Counted from the stretch's first letter, positions 1-13,161 are shown. The stretch is DNA of 64,000 bases from Candidatus Saccharimonadia bacterium (GCA_963717365.1 OY970327.1:720348-784347); one strand, 5' to 3'. Notes: generated by a model from the sequence alone, not told the origin. Numbers and translations are program-made.

Positions 1-1
1 T

Positions 2-1078
2 ATACAATTGGTTGAGTAATTTCTTTGGGTAGGCGTCTTTCTTGAGGTCAATAACAATACGGACATTGCCGCGCGAGCTCTCGTCACGGATATCGCGGAT
101 ACCGCCTATCTTTTTTGTGTTCACTAGTTCAGCAATTTTAATTACTAAATTTTCTTTGTTTAGAGCATATGGTATCTCTGTAATTACGATCTGTTGTAAT
201 TTACCGGTTTCAACAATTTCGGCTACACCACGCACTACTACGCCGCCACGTCCGGTGGCATAGGCACTGCGAATAGAAGCCTGTCCGTATATAACACCGC
301 CGGTTGGGAAATCGGGGCCGGTGACGTGTTTAAGCAGATCATCAAGCGTGGCTTCTGGGTTATCGATCTGCTCTATGGTGGCGTCAATTAACTCAGTTAA
401 GTTGTGCGGGGGAATACTGGTAGCCATACCAACAGCAATACCAATCTGGCCGTTGAGCAGTAAGCTTGGAATTTTAGCGGGTAACACCTCTGGTTCCTGA
501 CGAGTACCATCGTAGGTATCGCGGAATGGAACGGTTTCTTTGTCGATATCAGCTAAAATTTCATCGGCCAAGCGTTGCATTTTGGATTCGGTGTAACGCA
601 TGGCAGCTGGCGGGTCGCCGTCCATACTACCAAAGTTACCCTGGCCATTAACCAGCATATAGCGCATAGACCACGGCTGTGCCATGCGCACTAAGGCGTC
701 ATAAATAGAAGAGTCACCGTGCGGATGGTAGCGTCCCATTACTTGTCCTACGACATTGGCGCTCTTACTGTGGCGGGCGCTGCTGCGCAGCCCCTGCTCG
801 TTCATACTATATAAAATACGTCGGTGCACCGGCTTTAAGCCGTCACGAACGTCTGGCAGCGCTCGTTCGACGATCACGCTCATGGAGTAGCGCAAATAGC
901 TGTCTTCCATGACGTTCTCAACCGTTCGGGCTTCAACTTCGCGTGAGTGCGTTTGCGGTGGCGCTATAATCTCAATTTCAACCGGTGGCTGGTTTTCGAT
1001 GCGCGGTTCGTTTATCGCATTCTCTACTTCAGAATCGTTATCCATAGTATTGTTGGTGTCGTTATTGCTGTCTGCCAT
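2..1078 (-). CDS. gyrA: DNA gyrase subunit A, N-terminal part (runs off window start)
   Basis: Not in the ORF track (truncated). Reverse complement reads ATG at 1078 directly after the gyrB stop and contains [33 protein letters not shown] and AAMRYTE motifs. Confidence 0.97.
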   Translation of the reverse strand, partial: MADSNNDTNNTMDNDSEVENAINEPRIENQPPVEIEIIAPPQTHSREVEARTVENVMEDSYLRYSMSVIVERALPDVRDGLKPVHRRILYSMNEQGLRSSARHSKSANVVGQVMGRYHPHGDSSIYDALVRMAQPWSMRYMLVNGQGNFGSMDGDPPAAMRYTESKMQRLADEILADIDKETVPFRDTYDGTRQEPEVLPAKIPSLLLNGQIGIAVGMATSIPPHNLTELIDATIEQIDNPEATLDDLLKHVTGPDFPTGGVIYGQASIRSAYATGRGGVVVRGVAEIVETGKLQQIVITEIPYALNKENLVIKIAELVNTKKIGGIRDIRDESSRGNVRIVIDLKKDAYPKKLLNQLY

Positions 1079-1079
1079 C

Positions 1080-3281
<2,202 letters not shown>

Positions 3282-3387
3282 TCAGCACAAAAGTTAAGAT
3301 TTATAACAGCTTGTCTGAACACATCATTTCATGCTTAAATATACATAAGCATAACGAATACTAAAAATAAAAATTAGGCCCGAGCCA

Positions 3388-4608
3388 ATGTTCAAACAAT
3401 TAATCTCCAGTCTCGCGTTCAGCCCGTCGGCAATTGAACAGGTATCTTTTTATGCCAAACGACTGAAGCAAGAGGACTCAATCCGCCGACTTGGCTTAAT
3501 ATTGATTGTATTCAGCATGTTTATACAGGTGTTTGCCGCCATGATCCCACCAGAAAAATCGCTGGCATTATCGGATAATGACGTTATCAGCGGTGGTGTT
3601 CAGAACATGGAAGAACTCAAAACCAAGTCCAGCGCCATGCCAGATGTAAAGGCTCTCTACGACCGTTTTGGCTTGCAGGAAAACAGCATGAACACCACCG
3701 GCAGCGCCCAGGAGACCACTTTTGATTTTGCCCAAGAAGGTGCTAATGGTACGCGCACGGTTGGCCGCACTAACTTTGGCAGCACCAACGACTATAATCT
3801 TGGCGACTTTGCCGGCAGTACGTTTTACAGTCGCAATGCCGGCGAATGGCCAGGCAGCACACAGGCGTTTTACTTTGATAAGCAAATAGGCACTGACAGC
3901 AACTTCTACTACGTATGGGTACTTAAAGATTCCGGCAATATTGCCTACCAACTGGCCGAAAATTCTACTCCGCCAACAACATCCGCAGCCACCACGGCTC
4001 CTGCAACACCAGCTGCGCCTGCCGCAGTGCTCGCGCCTGACCGCTTAAAATCGGCTCAAAATCTAACCCGTCAACTCACACCGCAACAAACGCTGTCAAC
4101 AAAGGCCAAGGCCGGTGACACCATTGAGTACACGCTCACCACCACCAACCGCAACGATACTGAACTGAAAGATTACCTAATTGAAGATTATGTAGGCGAC
4201 CTGCTGGATTATGCCACGGTAGATACCGCTTTTCTCAGTCAACAGGGCGGCATGTACTCGGCTATATCAAAAAAGGTTAGTTGGCCCGGCCAAACAATAC
4301 TAGCCCGAAGTGAGCTTAAGAAAACCTTCCGAATAGCCCTCATGCCCGTTATCCCCAGCACTAATCAGCCAAATGCTACGGCCACTAATTACGATTGTAA
4401 GCTCCAAAACGGCTATGGCAACGAAACAGTCATCCCTGTTAATTGTTCAAGCTTAAAGACTATCGATGAACTACCTGAAACCGGTGCTGGCACCAGTATT
4501 GGTATCGCCTTTGCCGTGTCGCTGATAGCCGGCTATTTCTACATGCGCGGTCGCTTACTATCCAAAGAATTGCGTATAATTAAGAAAAGTCACCAATCGG
4601 GTTATTAA
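3388..4608 (+). CDS. Surface protein with DUF11-like Ig domain and C-terminal LPETG/TM/basic tail
   Basis: N-terminal TM segment; AKAGDTIEYTLTTTN DUF11-like strand pattern; LPETG followed by a hydrophobic helix and basic tail. Confidence 0.7.
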   Translation: MFKQLISSLAFSPSAIEQVSFYAKRLKQEDSIRRLGLILIVFSMFIQVFAAMIPPEKSLALSDNDVISGGVQNMEELKTKSSAMPDVKALYDRFGLQENSMNTTGSAQETTFDFAQEGANGTRTVGRTNFGSTNDYNLGDFAGSTFYSRNAGEWPGSTQAFYFDKQIGTDSNFYYVWVLKDSGNIAYQLAENSTPPTTSAATTAPATPAAPAAVLAPDRLKSAQNLTRQLTPQQTLSTKAKAGDTIEYTLTTTNRNDTELKDYLIEDYVGDLLDYATVDTAFLSQQGGMYSAISKKVSWPGQTILARSELKKTFRIALMPVIPSTNQPNATATNYDCKLQNGYGNETVIPVNCSSLKTIDELPETGAGTSIGIAFAVSLIAGYFYMRGRLLSKELRIIKKSHQSGY

Positions 4609-4638
4609 AATGAGTAAAGATTATGCGAGCGAAAAACT

Positions 4639-5217
4639 ATGAGTGAACGCCAGCCCCATTACGAAACCGGTGAGTCGATGGAGCTCGATCCGCGCAAAGC
4701 CGAGAAACTATCTCATGAAAACCATGAACGCCTGCGTGTCGCCGCCGAAGAAGCCCGCCAAAAACAAGCTTCCATCGAAGCCCTCACAGAACGAGTTGAA
4801 AAAGCCGCCCAAGATAGCGCCGAATCTAAGGCAAATAGTAGCGAAGCCGGCCATGACACCAACGATGACGGCCCGTCGCCAGTTCACATCGGCGCTCGTA
4901 TCAAAGGTGATGCCTATGATCGGCAGATCGATTATGTCCAGCAGCACGAAAAACCAGCTGAGCGTAACTTCAGCAAGTTTATACATCAGCCAGTTATCGA
5001 AGAGGTTAGCAATGTTGCCGAGTCCACTATCGCGCGGCCACTAGCCCTCTTGTATGGCGGCCTGTTCGCGGTAATCACCAATCTTGTCTTACTATATGTC
5101 TGCCGCCGTTACGGCTATGAGTATAATTTTATGATTGGCTTGGCCGGCTTCGCCGGCGGCTTTGTGGTTGGTCTGATAATTGAAGGCGCGGTACGTCTCT
5201 TAAAACCCCGCCGCTAA
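4639..5217 (+). CDS. Hypothetical membrane protein
   Basis: 192 aa; charged N-terminus and two C-terminal hydrophobic helices. Confidence 0.75.
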   Translation: MSERQPHYETGESMELDPRKAEKLSHENHERLRVAAEEARQKQASIEALTERVEKAAQDSAESKANSSEAGHDTNDDGPSPVHIGARIKGDAYDRQIDYVQQHEKPAERNFSKFIHQPVIEEVSNVAESTIARPLALLYGGLFAVITNLVLLYVCRRYGYEYNFMIGLAGFAGGFVVGLIIEGAVRLLKPRR

Positions 5218-5220
5218 TAT

Positions 5221-6009
5221 TTAGGCTGCTACGGCAAAATTGCGATAATTTTCTAGATTACCGCCAGTCATTTGGTCAAGCAATACCGGATTCATGGCCA
5301 GAACAGATGCGGCGAAATCGTCGGCAAAAGTTTCGGAGGTCATGTCGCGGTATGCGTCGTGCTGTTTCTGTAACAACTCCTCCATAGTAGCCACTCCCAA
5401 GCTGTCATGTATAGCATCCCAATTTTTTTGTACGAATGTATTTGCGCGAGTACCTTCGCTCATGATTGCTGATACGGTTGCCCGGCCAATTGGCAGCGCC
5501 AGCTTTTCCCGCTTAACCCGGGTATTTAATTCTTCAGGGTTGTTTTCATAATCCATATATTCACTAACATGCCCTAGCTCGTGCAGTAAAGCAAAAACAT
5601 GCATTAGTTGAGGAGTTATTTCATCTGAGGAAATACCCATTTTGTCTGCAAAGTGCTGTCTAGCTCCAGGTATACCGTCTAGCGAATCATCTATTTTTAA
5701 TAGCTTATCGTCTAAATTGTCTACTGACAAATGGACTTGGTGTCGGCCGTTTTCCGATACCCAGGCAGGTCGCGCTCTAGCGATACTTGAACTTTCGTCG
5801 TCAAGCGGTACAATTTCCACGTCAGCAAGCCGAGGATCAAGCTTAACTGCTTCAAGATAAGCTGTTTCCAATATTACGCCCATCTCCGCTCCGCGTAATA
5901 ATTCAACATTCTGCGATTCTATCTCACCTACAGACATAGGTACCGAATAAATTTCTGGTTTTGTTTCGGGAAGAATTCTTGGGTTTAAACCGGGTGCTTC
6001 GTGTGACAT
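5221..6009 (-). CDS. Hypothetical protein with HExxH zinc-metallopeptidase motif
   Basis: ALLHELGH plus downstream SETFADDFA (gluzincin-like E..AD.FA). Confidence 0.65.
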   Translation of the reverse strand: MSHEAPGLNPRILPETKPEIYSVPMSVGEIESQNVELLRGAEMGVILETAYLEAVKLDPRLADVEIVPLDDESSSIARARPAWVSENGRHQVHLSVDNLDDKLLKIDDSLDGIPGARQHFADKMGISSDEITPQLMHVFALLHELGHVSEYMDYENNPEELNTRVKREKLALPIGRATVSAIMSEGTRANTFVQKNWDAIHDSLGVATMEELLQKQHDAYRDMTSETFADDFAASVLAMNPVLLDQMTGGNLENYRNFAVAA

Positions 6010-6143
6010 ATTATTTTATATATTAACTTGGTTATATACTATAAATTATAACAAAAAATAGCTACTTTGTCAATAGATATAATTGACAAATCTACATATT
6101 TATGATACTGTCTAAGGCAAAGTAATCAAAATCACACTAAAAC

Positions 6144-6665
6144 CTAGCTACTTACAACTTCTAGATCCTTGGTTTCGATTGTCCCCAGGTAGAGAACATG
6201 CGGTGCTCCTGCATACGTCAGCGGCTGTTCGCCTTGTGCACGGGCGTCCCGGTAATGCTGCTTAGTAATTTCGGGCAGATGGTTATTCTGGAGGTAATTC
6301 TCCTCAGTAAATGGCAGATATTCTTTTTCATACTGCCCTTCGCCCTTTTTATGGGTCACCATAATAGTCATTTTAGACTGGTCCAGACTGCTAGCGTCAA
6401 TCCGGAACGCTCTCCAAGACATATCTACTGGAGCACCTGTCTCTTGCATCGCTAACTTAACTTCTGTCGGATCTATCGGCGACAAGTGAATTACACTGTT
6501 CCAGTTGCCCAAGCCGGGGACTTCAGTATCCTTCACGTCTTCCCTGCCTTCATATTTGGCAGCCTGCCCGTCAAAAAGCTCTGGCAGCTTATATTTCATC
6601 TCATTGAGCGAATACAAAACGGTGCCCCGCATATCTTCTGGAACAAAGTGATATAAATACATCAT
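6144..6665 (-). CDS. Conserved hypothetical protein
   Basis: 173 aa; overlaps the stop of the TrmB-like gene (ATGA coupling). Confidence 0.75.
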   Translation of the reverse strand: MMYLYHFVPEDMRGTVLYSLNEMKYKLPELFDGQAAKYEGREDVKDTEVPGLGNWNSVIHLSPIDPTEVKLAMQETGAPVDMSWRAFRIDASSLDQSKMTIMVTHKKGEGQYEKEYLPFTEENYLQNNHLPEITKQHYRDARAQGEQPLTYAGAPHVLYLGTIETKDLEVVSS

Positions 6666-7411
6666 AACTGTCCCGTTTTAGTATTCGCCCACAGGTGCTT
6701 AAAGATTATATTAAACGTAGCTGCTAAAATTTGATTGGTAATAATCGTCACCACTAAGCTCGGCTGGTACACAGTAAAGGCTATTTTGTCATCGTAAATT
6801 GCCACTTCTCCTTCGTGCGGTTGGCCATCCCAGAAACGGACTTCGTAGCCTTTATCGTTAAAATTTTTGATGTTTATCTCATTTTCAACCTCACTACTAA
6901 AAAGTATAAGAGAATGATTGGGCTTCTTGCGCGCATGAGCGTAGACCTCGAGCGCCTCCCGCGCTTCTTTATTCTTCGATGTCACGTCGCTGGCAAGAAT
7001 ACTTACCACTTGCTTCGACGCGGCCATATCCGTCAGTGACTTTTTATAGCCATTAATACCTTCTAGATATACTACCCCGGGCGTATGCTGTCCCAGGTTA
7101 TACTGCGAAATCAGCTCAGGCAAGACACTATTTAACGCAACGTTCGCCTGGCGCAACTCCATTTGCCGGGTCGTTATCAGTGCTTTTAATTTATCTGGGC
7201 TGGCAGGTGCGTATGTTCGGGGAGCAGTAGTATCGTCAATCACGACAAGTTTGTCGCCCGCAAGCCGCTCCAGTATTGTATAAACGTTTGTTCGACTCTC
7301 CTTCAATTCTTTAGCAAGCTGTGCTGCCGTCATACTTCCTTTTTCAATCAAGAAAAGATAGAATTTTGCTTCTTTGGCATTAAGACCGAGCCAGGCAAGA
7401 ACTTCTTCCAT
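6662..7411 (-). CDS. TrmB-family transcriptional regulator
   Basis: LGLNAKEAKFYLFL...RTNVYTILERL wHTH; C-terminal IYDDKIAF PLD-like sensor; leaderless promoter TTGACA(7446)-17-TAAAAT. Confidence 0.85.
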   Translation of the reverse strand: MEEVLAWLGLNAKEAKFYLFLIEKGSMTAAQLAKELKESRTNVYTILERLAGDKLVVIDDTTAPRTYAPASPDKLKALITTRQMELRQANVALNSVLPELISQYNLGQHTPGVVYLEGINGYKKSLTDMAASKQVVSILASDVTSKNKEAREALEVYAHARKKPNHSLILFSSEVENEINIKNFNDKGYEVRFWDGQPHEGEVAIYDDKIAFTVYQPSLVVTIITNQILAATFNIIFKHLWANTKTGQL

Positions 7412-7569
7412 ACCAACATTTTACTATAAATGAATATTAGTGTCAATATTTTTACGACACTTTTAACACCTTATTTTTTATAATTTTATGTAATAGTATT
7501 GACACTATAGATACTTTTATGTAATAATACTACCCAAGTTCCAAATAGTGGGCAATAAGGAGAAAATTA

Positions 7570-8313
7570 ATGACCAACCCAGATCGACCACCAAATTCAA
7601 ATAATCAAGGACCAACACCAAATACACAACCCCTTGTAAGGAGAACATGGCCAGAATACATAGAAGATTTTAAGAGACTTTCAGGGCGGAATAATATTGA
7701 ATGGTTTGACTCCGATGCCTCAGGTCTAGAGATAGAGGCAATATGCTGGCCGGACAAGGGTAGTGAGACAGCAAACGAGGTTGAGTCGCTTCTTTCTGAA
7801 AGCATAAGGCCGCTGTTTGATGATGCTCGGAGATTAGAACGACATGACATGTATCACGAGTATAGCCTTTATCTTGGTCCTAATGGAGAGGATTCCGACC
7901 CTCATGGAACGTATACGCACTTCCTACTAACAGAAGGTGAACGCGCAGAAATTGTAGAGCGTTTAACGGACGTATTGGGACAAAGACTCTCTAGTGTTGA
8001 AGATCCTAGCACCGGATCGCATGTTGCTATGTGGAATCAGGATGACCAGGCTGTCCCTTTAATCGAACTTTCCGCTCATGATTTGTTGGTATTATCTGTG
8101 GTTATTTGTGCTTTCAGCCCTCATAATATCGAAAAGTCTCCTGATACGGATGACGTTAGGCGCATTCAAGAAATAATCAAGCGGGACAAATACTCCGTTG
8201 GACTTCATACTTTCGGTGCCGTCAAGCTAGCGGTTAACGGGCAATTAAGAGATCACCAGGCGCAGGAAATAATGCTGAATAATCCAGATGATGAAACTAA
8301 TGACCAATCATAA
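7570..8313 (+). CDS. Hypothetical protein
   Basis: 247 aa ORF with AAGGAG RBS and a TTGACA promoter at 7499. Confidence 0.7.
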   Translation: MTNPDRPPNSNNQGPTPNTQPLVRRTWPEYIEDFKRLSGRNNIEWFDSDASGLEIEAICWPDKGSETANEVESLLSESIRPLFDDARRLERHDMYHEYSLYLGPNGEDSDPHGTYTHFLLTEGERAEIVERLTDVLGQRLSSVEDPSTGSHVAMWNQDDQAVPLIELSAHDLLVLSVVICAFSPHNIEKSPDTDDVRRIQEIIKRDKYSVGLHTFGAVKLAVNGQLRDHQAQEIMLNNPDDETNDQS

Positions 8314-8317
8314 TCTA

Positions 8318-9340
8318 ATGCCTAAAGACTCTCATGAGCATCAAGAATCGACTATTGATAGCTTAAGTGAGAGATTTTCAACACTTGCGCAAGAACTCGC
8401 CAAAACCGGTCGAGTTGAAAGCCTGGCTTCTGCAGAGCTCGAGTTTAAGAGAGGCGGAGTAAGACTAGATCGAACAATTATCACAGAAGACGAAGTAACT
8501 ATTGCAGATTATGCAACATTCGACATGGGTGGCCCAACAAATTTTGCTGTCATACGATTCCATGAGGAAACGCCTACAGCGTTGGGCCGAGGAAGTTTTT
8601 ATGGAGCTTCAGATAAAGGTGTTTCATTTGAGCGCGATCTGATGGTATTTCCAGATTTTGAGGAAAATGATGAAAAATATGATGAAAAATGGGAAAAATA
8701 TGAGACGGCTCACGAAGCCGCTCGAGACAATCCTGATTCACCAGACGTCATCCACGGCCAAGTCGGCGAAGCCCACGCGCAAGGACTGCTCCAGATGATA
8801 CCCGAAATAACGCAAGCCGACCCTGAAGCGGCGGAAGCGGCTTTTGCCAAGATCATGGCAGTTGAGCTTGACCCTGAGTGTGACTTTACAGCCGGCGGTT
8901 CAGTAAGCAAGGAAACCGCAGCTGCACTCAGGACTGTTCTAGACACAATTTTAGACAAGCAGCCGCAAGAAGGCCAGGCACAAGTACAGTGCATGCTGCC
9001 CGATGGTAAAATTGCTATAATCGATTATGCTGACGGAAGCTTCAGGATCGACCGCGTTACTCGTCACGAAGATCAAAAGACTGCAACCTATCTCACATTT
9101 ATCCTAGAGCCCGGTAAGTCCCCTGACTCTAGCGAGATGGTAGGTCCTTATCTGAAAGAAGAGATTGAAGAACTCATCTTCCCGCTTTACCAAACTATCA
9201 TAACGATAGCGAACATAAAGGGGATAAACGTAGCAGAGCCACGTCAGCCAGAAGAGATTTTAGGTGAGCTTATAACAGTTATGCAAGCTTTAAAAGCAGA
9301 GATTCCAGATGATAATCATCAACCAACCGAAACAGCCTAG
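8318..9340 (+). CDS. Hypothetical acidic protein
   Basis: Long ORF (track 8288); ATG 8318 follows the upstream stop. Confidence 0.7.
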   Translation: MPKDSHEHQESTIDSLSERFSTLAQELAKTGRVESLASAELEFKRGGVRLDRTIITEDEVTIADYATFDMGGPTNFAVIRFHEETPTALGRGSFYGASDKGVSFERDLMVFPDFEENDEKYDEKWEKYETAHEAARDNPDSPDVIHGQVGEAHAQGLLQMIPEITQADPEAAEAAFAKIMAVELDPECDFTAGGSVSKETAAALRTVLDTILDKQPQEGQAQVQCMLPDGKIAIIDYADGSFRIDRVTRHEDQKTATYLTFILEPGKSPDSSEMVGPYLKEEIEELIFPLYQTIITIANIKGINVAEPRQPEEILGELITVMQALKAEIPDDNHQPTETA

Positions 9341-9375
9341 CTAAACCAGGTATAGACCTATTAACGTTGCCAGTT

Positions 9376-9424
9376 GTACTATATCTCAACTTAATGAAAG
9401 CTTAATGAAATGCAAGTATGGTAC
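9376..9424. repeat. 49-bp palindromic repeat, degenerate copy
   Basis: GTACTATATCTCAACTTAATGAAAGCTTAATGAAATGCAAGTATGGTAC, between convergent genes. Confidence 0.75.
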
Positions 9425-9513
9425 TTGGGACTATGGTAGTGGCTTGGGTTAATGGAGGTGGTACTGAGTGTGCATCTAAAAAGTATCAAAAACCGTATTC
9501 GGTGCCAACTGAG

Positions 9514-12500
9514 TTAGCGCTTAATATGAATTGTGTCTTCGTGATGCTTCACGCTTGCACCTGAATTCGAAGATGGGTCAGCAGTACGAATCTGCAATTC
9601 ACCCACTGGATGCGTTTGGTCATTTTTAGGCTGCGGCGGCAGTGGCTCCGACTTTGGTTCTGACTTTGGTTTGGGCCGGTCTTGAGACTGGTGTTCCGAA
9701 GCTGGTTCAGGCTTGTGCTTGAGCTTTTGAATAGGCTTAGGCGCTGGCGGCAGCGTAGGTTTTTGAGGAGCTGCAGCAAATGATAGCGGTTCTGGCCGAG
9801 ACGCAGGAGACGGAGTGTCAAAAGCCGGTGGCTGTACGTCATCAGAGACTCTCTGCGGGGTCGGTGGAGCTGTTCCGGGCTGTGGCTGTTCCAACGACGA
9901 TGTCGGTACAGGAGCTCCATGAAACACAGCAGTTGATGGTTGCTGGGGTTGAGGTTGAGCGGCAGAGGGATTAACCGGGCCAGCAGCAGGAGCTGGAGCT
10001 GGACCTTGTGTTTTGCGGCGCTTATCAAGCCATTGATCCAAGAATGAAGAACCACTTCCAGGAGGGCCCGCTGCAGCGGCACCTGGCGGCGGACCATAGC
10101 CTGCTGGAGCTCTCGATGCTGGAGCTGGGGATGGTCCGCCGTAAGGATTTGGTTGGGCGGCGGCCCCAAATGGCCGGCCAGCCGCGCCCTGACCCTGAGT
10201 CGGCCGAGTACCTTGTCCAAAGCCTTGAGCCGGGGCGGCTGGAGCTGTCTCTTTAACGTGCATGCGTTCAAATATTTCCTTCTCTACTATTTGGCGTGGA
10301 CGGGCATATTTAGCGGCCGACAACTGTTTCAAGGCATCGCCAAGCTCAGGATGCGGTTCGCCCAGCGGCGGCGAACCAGCCATACTGAACGCTTGGGTTG
10401 GCACACCATGGATAAGCGTACGAACAATCGCATTCCAGTTTGGTACGCGTAGCAAATCGTCGGCGTCAAACAGTGGCTGGAAGTAGCGGGTCAGTCCGTC
10501 AACATCATTTTGGCCAACCCGGAAGGCCACTGTAGTACCGACGTTACCAAAAACAGCATCACGGATCTCTTCGGTCAGCTGAGTGGTAAACTGGTTGGCA
10601 ACCACCAGGTTGAGACGGTATTTCCGGGCTTCAGACAAAATAGTCGCGAACGAATCGGTAGAAAAGTTCTGGAACTCGTCCACGTATAAGCAAAAGTCCT
10701 GGCGATCCTTCTCGGGAATATTAGCGCGTGACATAGCCGCCGACTGGAACTTCATCACAAAGATCATCCCAAGTAAATTGGAGTTCATATCACCGGTTCG
10801 GCCTTTTGACAGGTTAACAATGAGGATTTTCTTGTTATCCATAATATCGCGCAAGTCAAAGGCACTTTTAGTCTGACCGATGATATTACGCATCATACCG
10901 TTTGATAAGAAGGCGCCGAACTTACTGACAAACCAGCTGACCACATCGCCAAATTCGTTTGATTTCTGGGCTTGAACCATTTCCTTCTGCCAGAAATCGA
11001 GCACGTTCTGGTCGGTGACATACTTAAGTTTCTGGTTGACGTAATCCTTGTCACGAAACAGCTTTGGAATATCAACGAAGCTGCCGCCCTCTGGGCCAGC
11101 CATCACCGTCAGCGCGGCATTACGAAATAACGATTCATAGCGCGGCCCAATAATTCCCTGTTTCTGCGGATCATACAGCTTATACAGCACGTTAATAACT
11201 TCCTGGATGACAAAGTCCTTTTGGTCATCGGTTTTGGCTTCAAAGACATTAAGCCCCATTGGATAATCGGTGTCGGCCGGGCAGAAGTAAATAACGTCTT
11301 CAGTGCGCTCTTTTGGCACCATAGAGAGCAGTTTTTCAGCCGTGTCGCCGTGCGGGTCAATAAAAGCAAAGCCATTGCCCATCTGCATGTCCTGTAGCGC
11401 CAGGTTTTCAAGGAATGTTGACTTACCTGTACCGGTTTGTCCAACCGCATAGATGTGGCGCTGACGATCTTCTAGGGCCAGACGAATTGGCCGTTTGGTA
11501 CCGCGGAAGACGTTGTAGCCCAATAACAAACCATGTTCCGGCACATTACGTGGCCCATCAACCTGCTTAGAATCCTGGCGAACCAGCTGCGAGGTTGGAA
11601 TGTCCTCTTGCTGCGGGAAGTGGAATAAGGTAGCAAGTTCAACTGAATTTAAAATGTTAGAGTCGTGATGCTGCGGAAAAAACCGCATAATATAGGCAGT
11701 TACAAAACTTTCGATATCTTGGGCTGGTGTAAACTTAAAGCCGTTCTTGCCCGGAGCGTTATAAAGACCAAAACTAGCCACCATGTTGCCCTGAATGGAC
11801 TGGGCCCGCTGCACTACATTAGATGACGCGATTACCCGTATAGTCGTTTCAAACCCGGGCGTCCGAGTTTTTTCATCGATAGAATCAAGGATAGCCTGCT
11901 CGTGCGGTGACAAATTAGACCCCGGTGGCCCGGAACTTGGTCCTTTATCCTCTGGGGGCTTAGACAAGGCCGTCGACATATCATTAAAAAACTCCATAAA
12001 TCCTTTGACGCCTTTTTTCTTCTCATCACCCTTGCGTTTCTTGCTAGCCACCTCGTTAGCATCTTTTGCCCAACCAGGTCTCGCCGGACGCAACAGGAAT
12101 TGGATAGCAGCACCGTCATCTTTATCTAGAGTAGACAGTGAATTCAATAAAGACTGCAGCGGATCGCGTTTTAGGTCTTGGTAAGTGGCAATTGGATAAG
12201 CATACTTTTCTTTTAAGGTCAGCTCACCGCCAAGAGTACCGCTAATGCGGCCCAGTTTGCTAAAGATATTTGGCTCTAATGCTTCTTCTAGCCGGGCTGA
12301 AGGATAGGCACTGATGATCGCTTGTTTTACTAGATCAACAAGTCCAATTGGCACTGCCGTAAAGAAATCAATCCGCCCACTGTGAGCTACGATCTCAAAA
12401 GAAATATGCCGCTGTCCGTAGAAGTGGCGCTTAAAATTCTTTTCAAAGGTACTGGCAAGAATACTGTATAAAATTTGAGCCTTTGAAATATTTTCATCAG

Positions 12501-12699
12501 TTACATCACGAATATCACGGTTATTAGTATCGGTATCAGCACTGGGGGGCGGCAAGTGGATGATAAGAGGAACCATCTTGAGCCCGCGCTCAAAGTTTTT
12601 CTGCTCCCGAAGCACCTTGCGCGATTGAAAATATATAATTGGGCCAATAATAAAGCCCAGACATATGACTCCCACCAGTAACGCAATGAAAGTTGCCAT
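9514..12699 (-). CDS. VirB4/TraG/HerA-like P-loop ATPase with N-terminal TM and Pro-rich C-terminal tail
   Basis: Walker A GQTGTGKS, IDPHGD, Walker B LYVDEFQNF, LSEARKY, ANQ. Confidence 0.88.
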   Translation of the reverse strand: MATFIALLVGVICLGFIIGPIIYFQSRKVLREQKNFERGLKMVPLIIHLPPPSADTDTNNRDIRDVTDENISKAQILYSILASTFEKNFKRHFYGQRHISFEIVAHSGRIDFFTAVPIGLVDLVKQAIISAYPSARLEEALEPNIFSKLGRISGTLGGELTLKEKYAYPIATYQDLKRDPLQSLLNSLSTLDKDDGAAIQFLLRPARPGWAKDANEVASKKRKGDEKKKGVKGFMEFFNDMSTALSKPPEDKGPSSGPPGSNLSPHEQAILDSIDEKTRTPGFETTIRVIASSNVVQRAQSIQGNMVASFGLYNAPGKNGFKFTPAQDIESFVTAYIMRFFPQHHDSNILNSVELATLFHFPQQEDIPTSQLVRQDSKQVDGPRNVPEHGLLLGYNVFRGTKRPIRLALEDRQRHIYAVGQTGTGKSTFLENLALQDMQMGNGFAFIDPHGDTAEKLLSMVPKERTEDVIYFCPADTDYPMGLNVFEAKTDDQKDFVIQEVINVLYKLYDPQKQGIIGPRYESLFRNAALTVMAGPEGGSFVDIPKLFRDKDYVNQKLKYVTDQNVLDFWQKEMVQAQKSNEFGDVVSWFVSKFGAFLSNGMMRNIIGQTKSAFDLRDIMDNKKILIVNLSKGRTGDMNSNLLGMIFVMKFQSAAMSRANIPEKDRQDFCLYVDEFQNFSTDSFATILSEARKYRLNLVVANQFTTQLTEEIRDAVFGNVGTTVAFRVGQNDVDGLTRYFQPLFDADDLLRVPNWNAIVRTLIHGVPTQAFSMAGSPPLGEPHPELGDALKQLSAAKYARPRQIVEKEIFERMHVKETAPAAPAQGFGQGTRPTQGQGAAGRPFGAAAQPNPYGGPSPAPASRAPAGYGPPPGAAAAGPPGSGSSFLDQWLDKRRKTQGPAPAPAAGPVNPSAAQPQPQQPSTAVFHGAPVPTSSLEQPQPGTAPPTPQRVSDDVQPPAFDTPSPASRPEPLSFAAAPQKPTLPPAPKPIQKLKHKPEPASEHQSQDRPKPKSEPKSEPLPPQPKNDQTHPVGELQIRTADPSSNSGASVKHHEDTIHIKR

Positions 12700-12708
12700 A
12701 AGTAGGCC

Positions 12709-13161
12709 TTAAACCGTTCCTATATCCTTGTTATATCGTTTCTTCATATAGTCAGCTCTGATTTTGTTCAGCTCCTGTTGCTGTTTATAAGGGTCTTCAG
12801 CAGTATGCTCAACAATTTGTTTAGCTTTCAGTACCCACTCTTTTTCAATCAAGTCGCCGTCACCGGCCTCTTCCGGAACTGGCACCAGTGCCCGTGAATC
12901 CGGCACCGTCTGCGGAGCCTTCGCTTCTTCGGCTACCTCTGGGTCAAGCGCTGGCAAGGCGGCTGCCGGCTGCACAGAGTCTTGATGATTTTGGCTATCA
13001 TCCTGAATGCCCTCGTTCTGAGCAGGCACGGCCATGGTCGGTGCGGGCTGCCCGGCAGTAGCCGACAAATCCGGATCTGGCGCTAAAACTTGCTGCACCG
13101 AAGGTAACACGCCATTAGGCTCGCTAAATGTAGTTGTAGAATTAGTTTGCGGGTCGTCCAT
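12709..13161 (-). CDS. Conserved hypothetical protein
   Basis: Low-complexity N-terminus; helical C-terminus DLIEKEWVLKAKQIV; co-oriented with the ATPase. Confidence 0.75.
   Translation of the reverse strand: MDDPQTNSTTTFSEPNGVLPSVQQVLAPDPDLSATAGQPAPTMAVPAQNEGIQDDSQNHQDSVQPAAALPALDPEVAEEAKAPQTVPDSRALVPVPEEAGDGDLIEKEWVLKAKQIVEHTAEDPYKQQQELNKIRADYMKKRYNKDIGTV

Noticed and set aside
9549-10271. 240-aa alternative-frame ORF overlapping the ATPase tail
   Set aside because: Shadow frame of a GC-rich Pro/Ala low-complexity segment; no start signals.
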